DNA of 64,000 nucleotides. Origin: Phyllobates terribilis. Taxonomy: Eukaryota. Below are positions 12,230 to 23,652 of the stretch, piece by piece. The notes beneath the pieces are model-generated. The model made no database searches. It was not told the DNA's origin and worked only from the letters and a program-made list of their open reading frames with translations. Both the position numbers and the translations under genes were made by a program. Position 1 is the first letter of the stretch. The number at the start of each line of letters is the position of its first letter. The stretch spans positions 140,926,001 to 140,990,000 of the forward strand of contig NW_027362765.1 of the NCBI RefSeq assembly GCF_046119375.1. Reading direction: 5' to 3'.

Positions 12230-13330
12230 GGTATATACAGACTTAATAATGTTAAGATCAGGGTCCTGTGGGTGCCATATCGTCATTTTCAGGACTCCTT
12301 GTTCTTCTTTATTCCTTCTTCTGCTGAAGATACTTCTTAATGACATTGGGCTGTATATCATTGCCCTGCTGACTGATGGTATTTAATGTTGGATAAGTAT
12401 CTGCCTGTATTAATCAGCATTGAAGACACCAATAATTCTCACAATCCTCACCAAATCGCCAACTCCATTTGCTGGAATGCAGCCCCAAACTTGCCAGAGT
12501 CCTCCACCGTGCTTCACTGTAGGCTCCAGACACTCATTAATGTAGTGCTAACAAGGCTATTGGTGACAATTTGCCTTTTGTTACAGCCAAATATTTAAAG
12601 TTTTGCCACATCAGTCCAGAACACCTGCTGCCATTTTACTGCATCCCAGTTCTTATGTTTTTGTGCATAGTTGATTCGCGTTGCCTTGTTTCCATGTCGA
12701 AGGTTTGGCGCTTTGGCCACAATTCTTCCATTAAAATCACCTCTGGCAAGACTTATCTGAACAGTAGATGGGTGTAATTGGGACCCACAGGTTGCTATTA
12801 GTGTTGATCGAGTATGTATCATTAACCTATTTTGGCTTTCTCGTCGTTTCTTTCACTGTCGCATTGCCTGCAAGTGTCACGGCTGTTAGACAGCTGTGAC
12901 ACATGCAGAGATTGCCTGTTCGAAGTTAATCTCTGCATGTGCCACAGCTGTTTAACAGCCGTGACACTTGCCGGCGCAGCGGCAGTGAAAGAAACTCCGA
13001 GCATGCCAAAATACTCGGCAAGCACCCGAGCGTGCTCACCTAAAAGGGTTAATGATACATACTCGATCAACACTAGTTGCTACCAATACTGAGCTGATGG
13101 CACTGCTGGAAATCTGGTTTTGAAAGGAAGTAAGCATGATGTGTCTTTCATCTGCTGCACTAAGTTTCATTGTCCGACAACTGCATCTACAGTCCTAAGC
13201 ATTTGTTCTTTTTCAAAATAGCTTGAACAGACCATCTTGAAATCCAAGTCTGATTTACAATATTTGTCTGGGAGAGAGTTTGCTGATGCAGTATAACTAC
13301 CTTGTATCTTGTTGCTATGCTATCTATATA
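12230..13330 (-). mobile_element. Decayed Tc1 transposon interrupted by a hAT MITE
   Basis: Minus strand gives WQQVFWTD (12595-12822) and a QQDND...WPPQSPDLN-like segment around 12240-12380. Confidence 0.7.
12799..13075. mobile_element. Palindromic hAT-type MITE (TAGTGTTGATCGAG termini)
   Basis: TIR of about 28 bp TAGTGTTGATCGAGTATGTATCATTAACC. 8-bp TSD GTTGCTAT/GTTGCTAC. Near-perfect central hairpin. Confidence 0.85.
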
Positions 13331-13607
13331 TGGAAGTGTATGTGGTTATACTATACATAGGAGTGATTGTGGTTGCATTGTATATAAGAGGACATGTTGG
13401 TATATTGTGCGTGGAAGACCATTTGGCTGCACTATAGATGTATGAATGTTCTATATCTATCACTGTATCTGTATCTGTGCCCATATTGCTACTACTTTAT
13501 GAGGCCTTGTGGTAGTCACTTTTTTGCACCCAATAGTTGGCATTATAAAGGCAGCTAAGTGTCTAATGAAAGTAAAACGTCATGTGGTAATGAATCTACC
13601 ATCTTAC

Positions 13608-13863
13608 TTGTAAGGTTCCTGTGACTTAAGATCCCTAAGGTCAAGTTCGGTAATGATACGGTGTCTTACATCCACAGAGATATTTTGCATTTTAATGAGT
13701 TCAAAGATACTTATTGCACCAGAAGGTGTCGCATTAGAGGCAATAATAGTTACAAGAATTATGTTAAAGTTTAAATTCTTCAAGACGTCCTGTGACCAGA
13801 CAGCGGAAATTTCCATCAGCTCTCTAGTTGGAGGAGCTGGACGATTATACTCTTCCTCAATAC
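13608..13863 (-). CDS. Candidate internal exon of unidentified minus-strand gene (G-IEEEYNRPAPPTRELMEISAVWSQDVLKNLNFNIILVTIIASNATPSGAISIFELIKMQNISVDVRHRIITELDLRDLKSQEPY)
   Basis: ctttttataag|GT acceptor and AA|gtaaga donor. 256 nt (2+84 codons+2), fully open, protein-like composition, no repeat motifs. Confidence 0.55.
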
Positions 13864-14044
13864 CTTATAAAAAGCCATGCTGAGCAAATTTTATATAAAT
13901 TGAAGTTATCCCAGAGGTTATACTGTATAATGGCCCCAGGAATGAAAAAAGCCTTATAGGCCAAAATATATAATCAAGGTGGGTCTTATACAAAGTAATT
14001 CTAAACAAGAACAAGACCTCCAAACTGAAAATAATTCAAACAAC

Positions 14045-14850
14045 AATATTTTTATTAAATTTATACATGACAATTAAAACAAGGACTTGACAAAACATAT
14101 ACATGGGGATAGTAATTCATGATTGAACAGTACAAGAAGCTGGATGAATGTAAGACATTCCATAGTATAATCAATTCAAACCATCATATCTTAAAGGTAC
14201 ATGATTCCAAAAATAAAGAGTCACCAGTCACAATAGTCATTTAAATTGCACAGATGCCCTTATAATAAAGTTTAGGAAAAAATTTTGAAAAATATGTATT
14301 AATATATCTCCATAGGAATCAAGACATACCAATCCAAGTTGTCATCTAAAGTGGTGGGGCGAGTATCCAATACAATAATTATAGTATAAATAGATAGAAC
14401 ATAACTAAAGCAGCATTATGTAGGATGCTGCTAATAACCTGCAAAACAAGAGAACAGAAAATTTGCCATGGTGCTACAAACACTCAATACGAGGTAGATC
14501 AGTATAAATAAGACTGTCACAAGTATAGGACAAATAATCACTCCTCAAGTGGACCTAATGGTAACAGCCACTGTAGTAATATCTGATTACAACATATGAA
14601 ATCACTGAGCACTTCTCTATAACAACCACACAATGTTTTGTGCCATGAATAATCAGGTTAGTAAGAATCCTAAGTAGTAACTAGTTGAGAAAAGTTCTGA
14701 GTGCTTTCAAGATTTTAATGCAAAGTGCTATGTGCTTCATTAGTCCAACATGGATGCAACATGCATAAGGATACATTACCCACTGACAGAATGTCTCCTT
14801 CTGTACCCCTTGACGCACGTTTCACATCAAGCCTCATCAGAAAAGGTTAA
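14045..14850 (-). mobile_element. AT-rich Penelope/retrozyme-like remnant with a hammerhead at its 5' end
   Basis: Hammerhead at 14805-14847, followed on the minus strand by about 750 nt of AT-rich sequence ending at AATAAA (14056-14051). Confidence 0.45.
14805..14847 (-). ncRNA. Minimal type-I hammerhead ribozyme motif
   Basis: Minus strand reads ACCTTTT-CTGATGA-GGCTTGATGT-GAAAC-GTGC-GTC-AAGGGGT. Core intact, GUC cleavage triplet, 7-bp stem I (2 G-U pairs), 2-bp stem III, weak stem II. Confidence 0.6.
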
Positions 14851-14919
14851 CTGAATGATCAGATGGTTGAGATTAAATACCCCTCTTATCCTATCAAAGA
14901 CCACATACCTAATCAGACC

Positions 14920-15180
14920 TGTTATGACCTGCTGCAAATGTAATGCATAGACAGACACCAGTGTTCCTGAGGAACTCTGGTCCATTTCTCATTGGTAATG
15001 GCCTCCAGTTCACTAATATTTTTGGGATTTGCATGCCTCAACCTACTTCTTCAAAGCCCACCGAAGATTTTCTATGGGATTCAAGTCAGGCAACGGTGAC
15101 GGCCACTACAGAATCTTCCAGGATTCCTTCTTAAACCAAGCTGTCGAGGACTTTATTATGCCTGGGATCATTGATCTGTA
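14920..15180 (-). mobile_element. Tc1 transposase 3' remnant
   Basis: Minus strand gives WPSPLPDLNPIENL and ELEAITNEKWTRVPQEH-like segments. Confidence 0.7.
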
Positions 15181-16220
15181 GGAAGGTTCAAATTCTTCTA
15201 ATTCGCCCATAAATATGTACCAGTTTCACACCGCATATGTTTATTTATTTATTTTTTCCACTATGTGATCACTTGTCTGCTTTTCTTTTTTCTTTATGGT
15301 GTAATGCCCTTTTGGATTAGAGGGATTGGGGAGCTGTGGCCATCAGGTTCCTCATTCCCCTGCAACATCTTGTAGATTGAGGCTTTACACTGTGGTGGAA
15401 GCCCAGGTGAAATCCAGGAGCAAGATGGACTCTTCCCATCAGTGGCATATAGAATCCACCAATTCCTGACCTTTGATGTGGCCTTCAAATTCAGAGGGTT
15501 GTGTAAAGGTTTGTTGGAGGCCCTTCCCTGTCCTAAAGTGCCAGAGATAGACTGCGTTCATGTGCACTTTTTTGCACTAGAGTGTGACAATTGACATTCT
15601 TAGGCTGTCAAAACAGCTGTCATGTGGCAAGACTCGCTAAAGGGTCAGACAGGACAGCAACCTCCAACATGTGGCACCAGAGAGCCAACTTTCTCAATCT
15701 TGGAGAGTTAATTTGCATTCTTATAGGTGAAAAATGTCGGGCAACTTGCAGTTATCTAAGGAAAACATTAGGGTTGCCTTACACTGGCTGTACCAAGAGT
15801 CAGACTAAAGAACATTGTGCCCACAAGAGGATTTGATTCTGACGGCCCACTTTTCTCCCCCACTCAAGAGCCCCATAGCAGCTGCAAGGTTTGCACTCTG
15901 AACTCTCCTGAAGGAGAAGCCAGGGCCCACCAGAGAATTCTCCAGTTCTCTGGTGGACCAGTCCAACCCTGGAGCCTGTACCCTACTCTGTATAGGTTCA
16001 TACGCTTTATATTGATCTGGTACACCACTGTTTGTGTGATCTCATGCAGGACCTCAGCACTTCTGCCTGCTAGACATTGAGCTACAAAGTGTTTTTATAG
16101 CCACCGATGGGGGTCTCAGGACCAATACTCCCACCTATCAGCTGCACATATCAGAAGGGACTAGATATACTGTAAATGATAGGTACTCCTTAAAAAGATT
16201 GTGTAATACTACAGAATTAC

Positions 16221-16336
16221 CACTAGATGTCACTGTCTGCACTGTACAATCCACCTTCACATGGTGCATGTTTAGCATTTCCCTCCATCTATGCAGGGAT
16301 TTGGAGCTCTTTATCAGAAAAATGGAACTCAAACCC
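16221..16336 (-). CDS. Candidate internal exon of unidentified minus-strand gene (GLSSIFLIKSSKSLHRWREMLNMHHVKVDCTVQTVTSS-G)
   Basis: tacctttatag|G acceptor and G|gtaatt donor. 116 nt, phase 2 to 1, open. It joins 13863 in frame (G+GT = Gly). Confidence 0.45.
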
Positions 16337-17457
16337 CTATAAAGGTATATTAATATTGTCATCTGCATCTGCACGTAATATTGTACCTAAAATGACATTG
16401 ATAACATTTTAAAGGAGTTGTACGGTGAAAACTGGCACCCGCACAGATCGGTAGAGGGTGGCACAGAAATGTCACAAAATTTAGTGACTTTTGCAGGTCA
16501 GGAAGTGCTTTGAGTCCCGTAAATTCAGAAAGAAACGTGCTCCAGCCTTTGCACTGGAGACACTGGCGCACAGCAGCTGAAAGTTGCACGTCTCTTAGTG
16601 AAATTGGCATATCTTACTCCAGGATCAAGAACTGCAACAAAGTTATGTAAAAACATATATTGTACTATTTATTGCTAGTTTAGAACTCAAGTATCAAATT
16701 TAAACAATGAATATAAGTTCTATATTTAATAAACAGTCATGCCAATGATACGTCCTACATGGATGTGCTTATCATGGCTTATCGCTTATCAGGCAGTACA
16801 GACTCTCATTACTTTATGTATTGGAAGAAATAATACTGTAGTTAGGAGAATTGGATTTTTTTCATAACTAAGGGATTATCCAGGACTGTTTTTTATTTAG
16901 CATGGGCCTATGAACTAAGCAGCACACGCACAGAACAGTGTGTGCGGAGAATAGTAAATCTATGGCTCCATACACACTGTGTACGTGTTGCTTAAAAGAG
17001 CAGCTCACTTCGGAATGGTTTTTTGAGAAATCGGTTGGATCTTAAGACCTAGACCCTGACTGATCACAAGCTTTTTACGATGCACTTTAAGTGGTGAAAA
17101 AATGTGTATTTTTTTTTTAAATGTTTTGTGTCACATAACTAAGTTTTACATCGATGGAGTGGTGTGAGAGCTGTTTTTTTTGCATGCCGAGCTGAAGTTT
17201 TTATTGATACCATTATAAGAAACAGGTGATGTTCTGATTGCTTTTTATTTCATTTTTGGGGGGGAAATGCGGTGACCAAAAAAAAACAAATTTGGCATTT
17301 AGATTTTTTTCTCTGCATAGCGCTATTCGTTCACGTTAATACATTTTTATATTTCCCCCGGCCGCCATGACAACCTATTGCCACCCCGAAATCTTGAGAG
17401 GGGCTGATGGGAGCAGGTGCATGCATGCATGCTGTTGTCAATAATTGACAGTGAAAT

Positions 17458-18165
17458 TTAACCCTTTCACCACCTTGGGTTTTGCCATTTTTGCGTTTTT
17501 TGCTCCCCTTCTTCCCAGAGCCATAACTTTTTTATTTTTCCATCAATATGGCCATGTGAGGGCTTGTTTTTTGCGGGACAAGTTGTACTTTTTAACAACA
17601 CCATTGGTTTTACCATGTTGTGTACTGGAAAACAGGAAAAAATTCAGTGTGGTGAAATTGTCAAAAAAGTGCAATTCCACAATTTTATTTATTTTTTAAC
17701 AAGTTCAGTAAATGCTAAAACGGACCTGCTTTTATGATTCACCAGGTCATTGCGAGTTTGTAGATTACAAACTTGTAGGTTCCTTTTTATTTAAGTGGTG
17801 AAAAAAAAATCCTAGTATTATACTTACCAGCCACCATCTTCTGCTCTTCCCAGCGCCGCTCCGGTCCCGTTCCGTCATCTTGTGACCGTAGCTTCTGACC
17901 AGCTGGTAGTCAGAGGTAACGGAGCGCTCAGTGTAAGTCTCTGAGAGCTTCATTCTGGATGAACATTGACAAGTGACTTCCGGTTCACCCAGCAAACAAT
18001 GGAGCGATTCGGCAGATCACAACTAGCAGAAGATGACCGGAGCAGCGCCGATAACATGATGACAGTGGCTGGTGAGAATGAGACTAGGGGCAGGGAACAT
18101 GCATTAGTGACACCACTTCGGCAGTAAAATAAAAAAAATAAAAAACATTGGAGTGGTGCTTTAAA
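17458..18165. mobile_element. Fragment of the TTAACCC-terminal non-autonomous DNA element family, with a further MITE-like insert
   Basis: 17458-17815 is highly similar to about 42989-43350 (ttttgctcccct..ccagagccata..gcgggac.agttgtactt). Confidence 0.65.
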
Positions 18166-18547
18166 TAAAATTATCTATATCTTATAGCTGCTATATGCAA
18201 ATAATTGGTGGGAGTCCCAGGATCTGGACTCAGATCGGTGTATGGGTTTGTGTACCACTCTGTGGTGTGTAATGGTCAGTGGTGGTCCACATCCTGAGAC
18301 TCCACTTTTCAGCAGCACATGACAGTCCCAATAACATATAAAACATTTTAATAAATGATAGTTATTATGTAAAGGTGTAAATCTTATTAAGGTATATGCA
18401 CATCATGCAGGGTGGGTCCCTGCTAGGACCCGCTTCTTTGAGCAAAAACGGAGGCAACTCTGTAAGGGCAGCTCTTGCTCTCACTTACTTAAAGGGAACA
18501 TGTTGTGTAAAATAACGCTGTTAACTTGCAGATATGTTTTTTTTTTT

Positions 18548-20350
18548 TACATAGTAACATAGGTTGAATAAAGACCTAGGTCCATCACGTTCAACCTTCC
18601 TCCCCCAATTGTACTCCCTATACTAACATACTAACTTACTGGGACTAGGGTTCACAAATGTATTATTACCATTTTTATTATTGCTGCTCTTTTACAATTA
18701 AAAATGAACCCGTTTATAATTTTTTAATTAGTTTTATATTTTGTATTACTCTTATGATTCTAATAATGGTATTACTAAAATCCCTATGCCTAAATCTGTT
18801 GATCCAGAAGAAGGCAAAAACCCCAGGACACATTCAGCCAATTTGCATCACAGGGAAAAATTCCTTCTTGACCCCAAGAAAAGGTGATCAGTCCTAAAAC
18901 CCTGGATCAAACCTAATTATGATACTAGTTATGTAATTACTATTATCTTACTAAATGTACTACTATAGGTGTAATATTTTGTCTAATTTAACTGTAACCC
19001 ACAATGTTATGTGTATAGAGGAAATCATCCAGCTGTTATAGTGTCTGCCATCACTACCTCTTGTGGTAGGGAATTCCACAGTCTGACTGCTCTGACTGTA
19101 AAGAACACTTTCCTGTTTAGGTGCCGGAATCGCTTTTCTTCCACCCGTCATGCGTGGTCCCTGGTCCTTAGTATGGTCTTTGGAAGGAATAAGTCATGTG
19201 CTAGTCCTTTGTACTGACCACACATATATTTATACATGTAAATGAGATCCCTTCTGAGGCGTTGTTTTTCTAAGCTAAACAAGCTCAGCTTTTCCAACCT
19301 CTCATCATATGAGAGGCCTTCCATCCCTTGTAATAATCTAGTTTCTGCCTTTGAATTTACTCTAACTTTTGAATATCCTTTTTAAAATGTGGAGCCTAAA
19401 ACTGGATCCCATATTCCAGATGTGGCCTCACCAGTGATTTATAAAGGGGCAACAGTACGTTGGGATCGTGGGATTTTATTTCTCTTTTTATACGTCCTAA
19501 CATCTTGTTTGCTTTTGCAGCTTCTGCTTGACATTGAGTACTGCTGGTCAGCTTACTAGTAACCAGAATACCGAAATCCTTCTCCTGTTCTGTAGTCCCG
19601 AGTACACTCCCATTTAATGTGTATGCAGCAATAGGATTACTCCGTCCTAGGTGCATTACTCTACATTTATCTACATTAAACCTCATCTGCCAAGTGTTTG
19701 CCCATTCAGACATCTTATACAGATCGTTCTGCAATATCGTAATGTCAAGATCAGATTTTAATATCCTACATAGTTTGGTGTCATCAGCAAAGACACTGAC
19801 ACTTTACTCTCAATCCCATCCCCAAGGTCATTAATTAAGAGTTAAAAAGAATCGGTCCTAGCACAGATCCCTGTGGTCCCCACTGCTGACTATATCCCAT
19901 TTAGAGAACGTACCATTTATGACGACTCTTTTGTTTCCTATCATTTATTTCCTTACCCATCTACATATAGTTCCCCCAAGTTCTTGCTTCTGTAGCCTCA
20001 GTATAAGGCTGCTATGAGGCACAGTATCAAATGTCTTTGCAAAGTCCAGAAAAATCACATCAGCTGCATTACCAACATCCAGATTTGCACTTACCTCCTC
20101 ATAGAACCCCAGCATGTTAGTTACACACAACCTATTCTTCATGAATCCATGCTGATTATCATTTATTATATTATTCTCTGTGATATAACTCTGCAGGTCA
20201 TCTCTTATAATGCCCTTAGAAACTTTGCACACTACTGATGTCAGACTTACTGGACGGTAGTTACCTGGATCCATCTTCTTACCTTTCTTAAATCGGTACC
20301 ACATTGGCTATCCTCCAATCCTATGGCACTGCCCCTGTTACCAGAAAGCC
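18548..20350 (-). mobile_element. CR1 LINE fragment (second copy of the same family)
   Basis: Minus ORFs 19396-19734 and 19945-20304 (DPGNYRPVSLTSVVCK...QHGF...IFLDFAKTFDTVPH). Near-identical to copy 1. Confidence 0.92.
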
Positions 20351-20353
20351 TAA

Positions 20354-20700
20354 TGACGCGCCCCCGGGGTAATGGGGTACTCGGCAGCCGGGCCTATGGA
20401 TGCTGGGGGGGGAGGTATGTCACAGTGGCTGGCCCGGTCCGTGGCGGTCAACCAAAAAGGGGATTATAATTTGGATAGGAAGAATGAAAATAAAGTAAAT
20501 GTGACGCCACCTGTGGTACCTGGAGACCTACGGGGGGTGATGGGATGGCAGCTGAGGTGTTTCTGCTCCCCACAGGTGGAGCGGGCCCCCCGGGGCAGTG
20601 TGGAGTTTGGTGGGTGGTGATGCTGGGACTTATAGTGCAGAGGGAGAGATGGCGCAGCTGAAATAGCTGACGAGCCATTCTCATATTCTAAGTGAGACAT
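20354..20700. mobile_element. Partial LTR of the same family as 2000-3211, abutting the CR1
   Basis: Starts TGACGCGCCCCCGGGG..GGTACTCGGCAGCCGGGCCT. Contains TGTGACGCCACCTGTGGT and ggggtgatgggatggcagctg..tgtttctgctccccacaggtg, as at 2136-2240. Confidence 0.65.
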
Positions 20701-22099
20701 TCTCATATTCCTTTCTAATTATTCATTCTTTTAGTAGGCTGAATAAGCCCGGTGACGGATGACTGATGCCTGTCGACGCTAAAGGCAGCTCTATTGGTTG
20801 TCCCCAATTTACCCAGAATAAAATCCAACAAGAGACTGAATATAAACTGTTAACAATGTAACAGAAGAGGAGGACTGGGGGCGTGGAGTGGAGCTGTGTG
20901 TGCACAGGACTTGCTACTTTTGTATACTCACCGTCTCCCCAGTAACTACCAGCAGCTCCAGTTCTCCCAGTCTGGTCTTTGCTTTCATTTGCACTGGATT
21001 CCCCTGTTACAGCACAGCACTGACTCGCTGCTCCTAGCCCTGTGCCTCGGGGGGTTGCCCCACTGGTCACAATGTTTCAGACATGGCCTGCAGGTACCCC
21101 ATACTACACCAACCCAGGAGTACAGATCATTCCTCCTCCGGTAAGTCCACATTCCAGAATCGCAATGTTGTTGTTTGGAATTTTTCATGGAAATTTTGGG
21201 TAAAGGCCCCAGTGGTCCCTAACAAACTATACGCCACCTATAATACTAGGGATTTTTATGTGGTAGAGGGCCCTTGGACTGTGAAGGTACAAGGATCTGG
21301 CTGCTACCCAAATCCCTTCAACCTTACAGCTACGTCTCACATCTTTGGGAATAATTGGAGAGTTTTGGCTTTATAAGGGATTGGAGACGTAGCATGACAT
21401 TGGGGCTCATCATCTATAGGTTTGGGGTTGTCTCTTCCCCCTTTTTCTGTGTATCTGCTCATGGTTCCAACTTTTCATTGGTCAAGACACCGTTCTCTAC
21501 TAACTTGCATGGGCACAACAAACAAGCGCTATTTTGATTTTTTTGCTTTGGACCCCATCTCATTAATGTCTAATCATTAGTTTCTTACATCTCCTTCATT
21601 TCCTATAACTTCAGTGGGAAGCTGGTCATGCTTAGTGCCAACATTGCCTGAGCTTTCTTAGGGGCACCAAGGCTGTAACAAGCTCTAGGTTGTTATTGCT
21701 TCTTCTTGTTCTGGCATCCGCTGGTCATGATTATGGTCCTGATTCTGACCCTTATGAGGGTCAGAACATTGATTTGCAACAAATACAGGGGTTTTCCAGG
21801 ATTTGTAAAAATACGGCATGTTCACTCCATGACTGCTCCATCACCACTGGTGTGATCTCTGCCAAGATCTACTTTCTTGTGACCAGTGATTGGCTGTAGT
21901 AGTCACATCAATCAGGAAGTTGGCAGATCCCAGTTGGGACCACCAGAGCAGTGATGCTGGAGAGCAGGGCCGGCTCTAGGTTTTCGTGGGCTCCGGGCGA
22001 AAGAGTCTCAGTGGGACCCTTTAAAACATACATTCTTGATGCACAAATACAGCATAGAAATATAGGTATACAACACAGGACCCAGGCTGTCCCCTCATC

Positions 22100-22654
22100 C
22101 TTCACATATGCAGACATGCACACACAGTACGCTGGCATGCACACACGCACAGTACACAGACATGCACGAGCACACGGTACGCAGACATGCACACACGCAC
22201 AGTACGCTGACATGCACACGCACACACACACATGGTATGCAGACATGCACAAACAGTACGCACGCATGCACACACGCACAGTACATAGACATGCACGCGC
22301 ACACGGTACGCAGACATGCACACACGCACAGTACGCAGACATGCACACGCACACACACATGGTATGCAGACATGCACACACAGTACGCAGGCATGCACAC
22401 ACGCACATACATAGACATGCACGCACACGCACAGTACGCAGGCTTGCACACACACAGTACGCAGACATGCACACACGCACATACACACAGTACGCAGACA
22501 TGCGCACTCTTGCAGGCATGCACACATACACACACATAACATGGTACACAGATATGCACACATACAATATGCAGACACACATATACTCAGATATGTACAC
22601 ATACAGACATATGTACATATTTGAACACAAATTCTTAAAAACACATATAAAACA

Positions 22655-22688
<34 letters not shown>
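22100..22688. repeat. CA-rich minisatellite (about 25-bp units, gcagacatgcacacacgcacagtac) followed by (TA)n at 22658-22688
   Basis: Visible tandem units; source of the artefactual 140-250 aa His/Thr and Cys/Val ORFs. Confidence 0.9.
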
Positions 22689-22693
<5 letters not shown>

Positions 22694-22789
22694 TCATTCT
22701 CACTGACATACACAGACATTCACATCATACATGCACACACACATTAGAAATATTTTTAATATGGGGATTGGAGAAGCTGGCAACAAGCC

Positions 22790-23060
22790 TCGCTCACCTG
22801 GCCCCAGCCTGTGTCCCGTCCAGCTCCTCAGGTACATATGCAGGGCTGCCAGCGTGTGTGTCACATGGCCCTGGACCATCAGGGGGGTCAACTCGCCGCC
22901 GGGGCCGCTTCCCCTGCATCTGTGCAAGGACCTCTGGCGGTGTTTGATTGCCGGCACTTCACCAGACATGGCCGCGTACAGTGTGCGGTGCGGCTGTGTC
23001 TGGTAGTAATGACGCGTCAGGGGCGACACACAAGCACAATTAAAGGCTATAGAAAGCTAT
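22790..23060. promoter_or_regulatory. Small CpG-rich candidate bidirectional promoter (orphan gene / PRR29)
   Basis: Local CpG enrichment in unique sequence; palindrome TGACGCGTCA at 23010-23019. Lies between divergent candidate genes. Confidence 0.4.
22798..22969 (-). CDS. Candidate first coding exon of the unidentified minus-strand gene
   Basis: CpG-rich, gcggccATG at 22969, perfect CAG|gtgagc donor. Two open frames: MSGEVPAIKHRQ...RLGP (from 22969, phase 1) and MQGKRPRRRVDPPDG...GTQAGA (from 22919, phase 2). Confidence 0.4.
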
Positions 23061-23652
23061 TAATCAGTAGTCGGGGATGTGGTTGGACCAGGAGGCACAA
23101 AGCAGCTTGTCCTGTAGTGATAATCCTCTGCTGATAAAACACTGATTTGATTGAAACAGCAACACACAGTCTAGTAAGTGACACATAGCTGGAATCAGGC
23201 TCTCTGCTCCTACATCATGCTGACAGGTTCTCTTAAGGGTACTCTCGATTCTCTACCCACAGATGATGTCAAGAGGAGGGAAGGATTCAGTTTGTCCGAT
23301 TTGCGACGACTGATTCTTTTCTTTGCCAGGAGATAAGGTGGTATGAGGAGTCTGTCAGCGCCTCTCTAATAGGGAACACAGGGGAGCTCGGCCATCTCGA
23401 GGATTCCCGTGTAAAGAGGGGTCGGCAAAGAGAGCTGTCTGAAGAAACATCGATAGCTATGTACTGTGTATGGGGGCTTCATTATTACCTCAGAGCTCTG
23501 ACAGAAAGGTCACTGGCCTGAGATAATCTCAATTTTCATTTTATTGTATTTCTGTATTTGTCCCATCCACAGTTATCATCAATGTAATAAATACACAGTA
23601 TGGTGGATATTATGGAAATCATCCCGGCTGTGTCTTTGCTTTTATTCCTCAG

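Noticed and set aside
15294-15525. About 80-codon open minus frame after an acceptor-like tttag
   Set aside because: It ends in a stop upstream of better-supported exons and has no recognisable motif.
20700-21900. Possible retroviral env fragment or decayed large exon after the LTR (ORF 21083-21376 with NFS/NLT; donor ACG|gtgagt near 20930)
   Set aside because: No env, gag or pol motifs are present, and stop density in the long minus frame is near random. The tatactcacc donor motif is common inside local repeats.
21908-22719. Long ORFs of 143-251 aa on both strands
   Set aside because: They are translations of the CA-rich minisatellite (His/Thr/Ala or Cys/Val runs), not genes.
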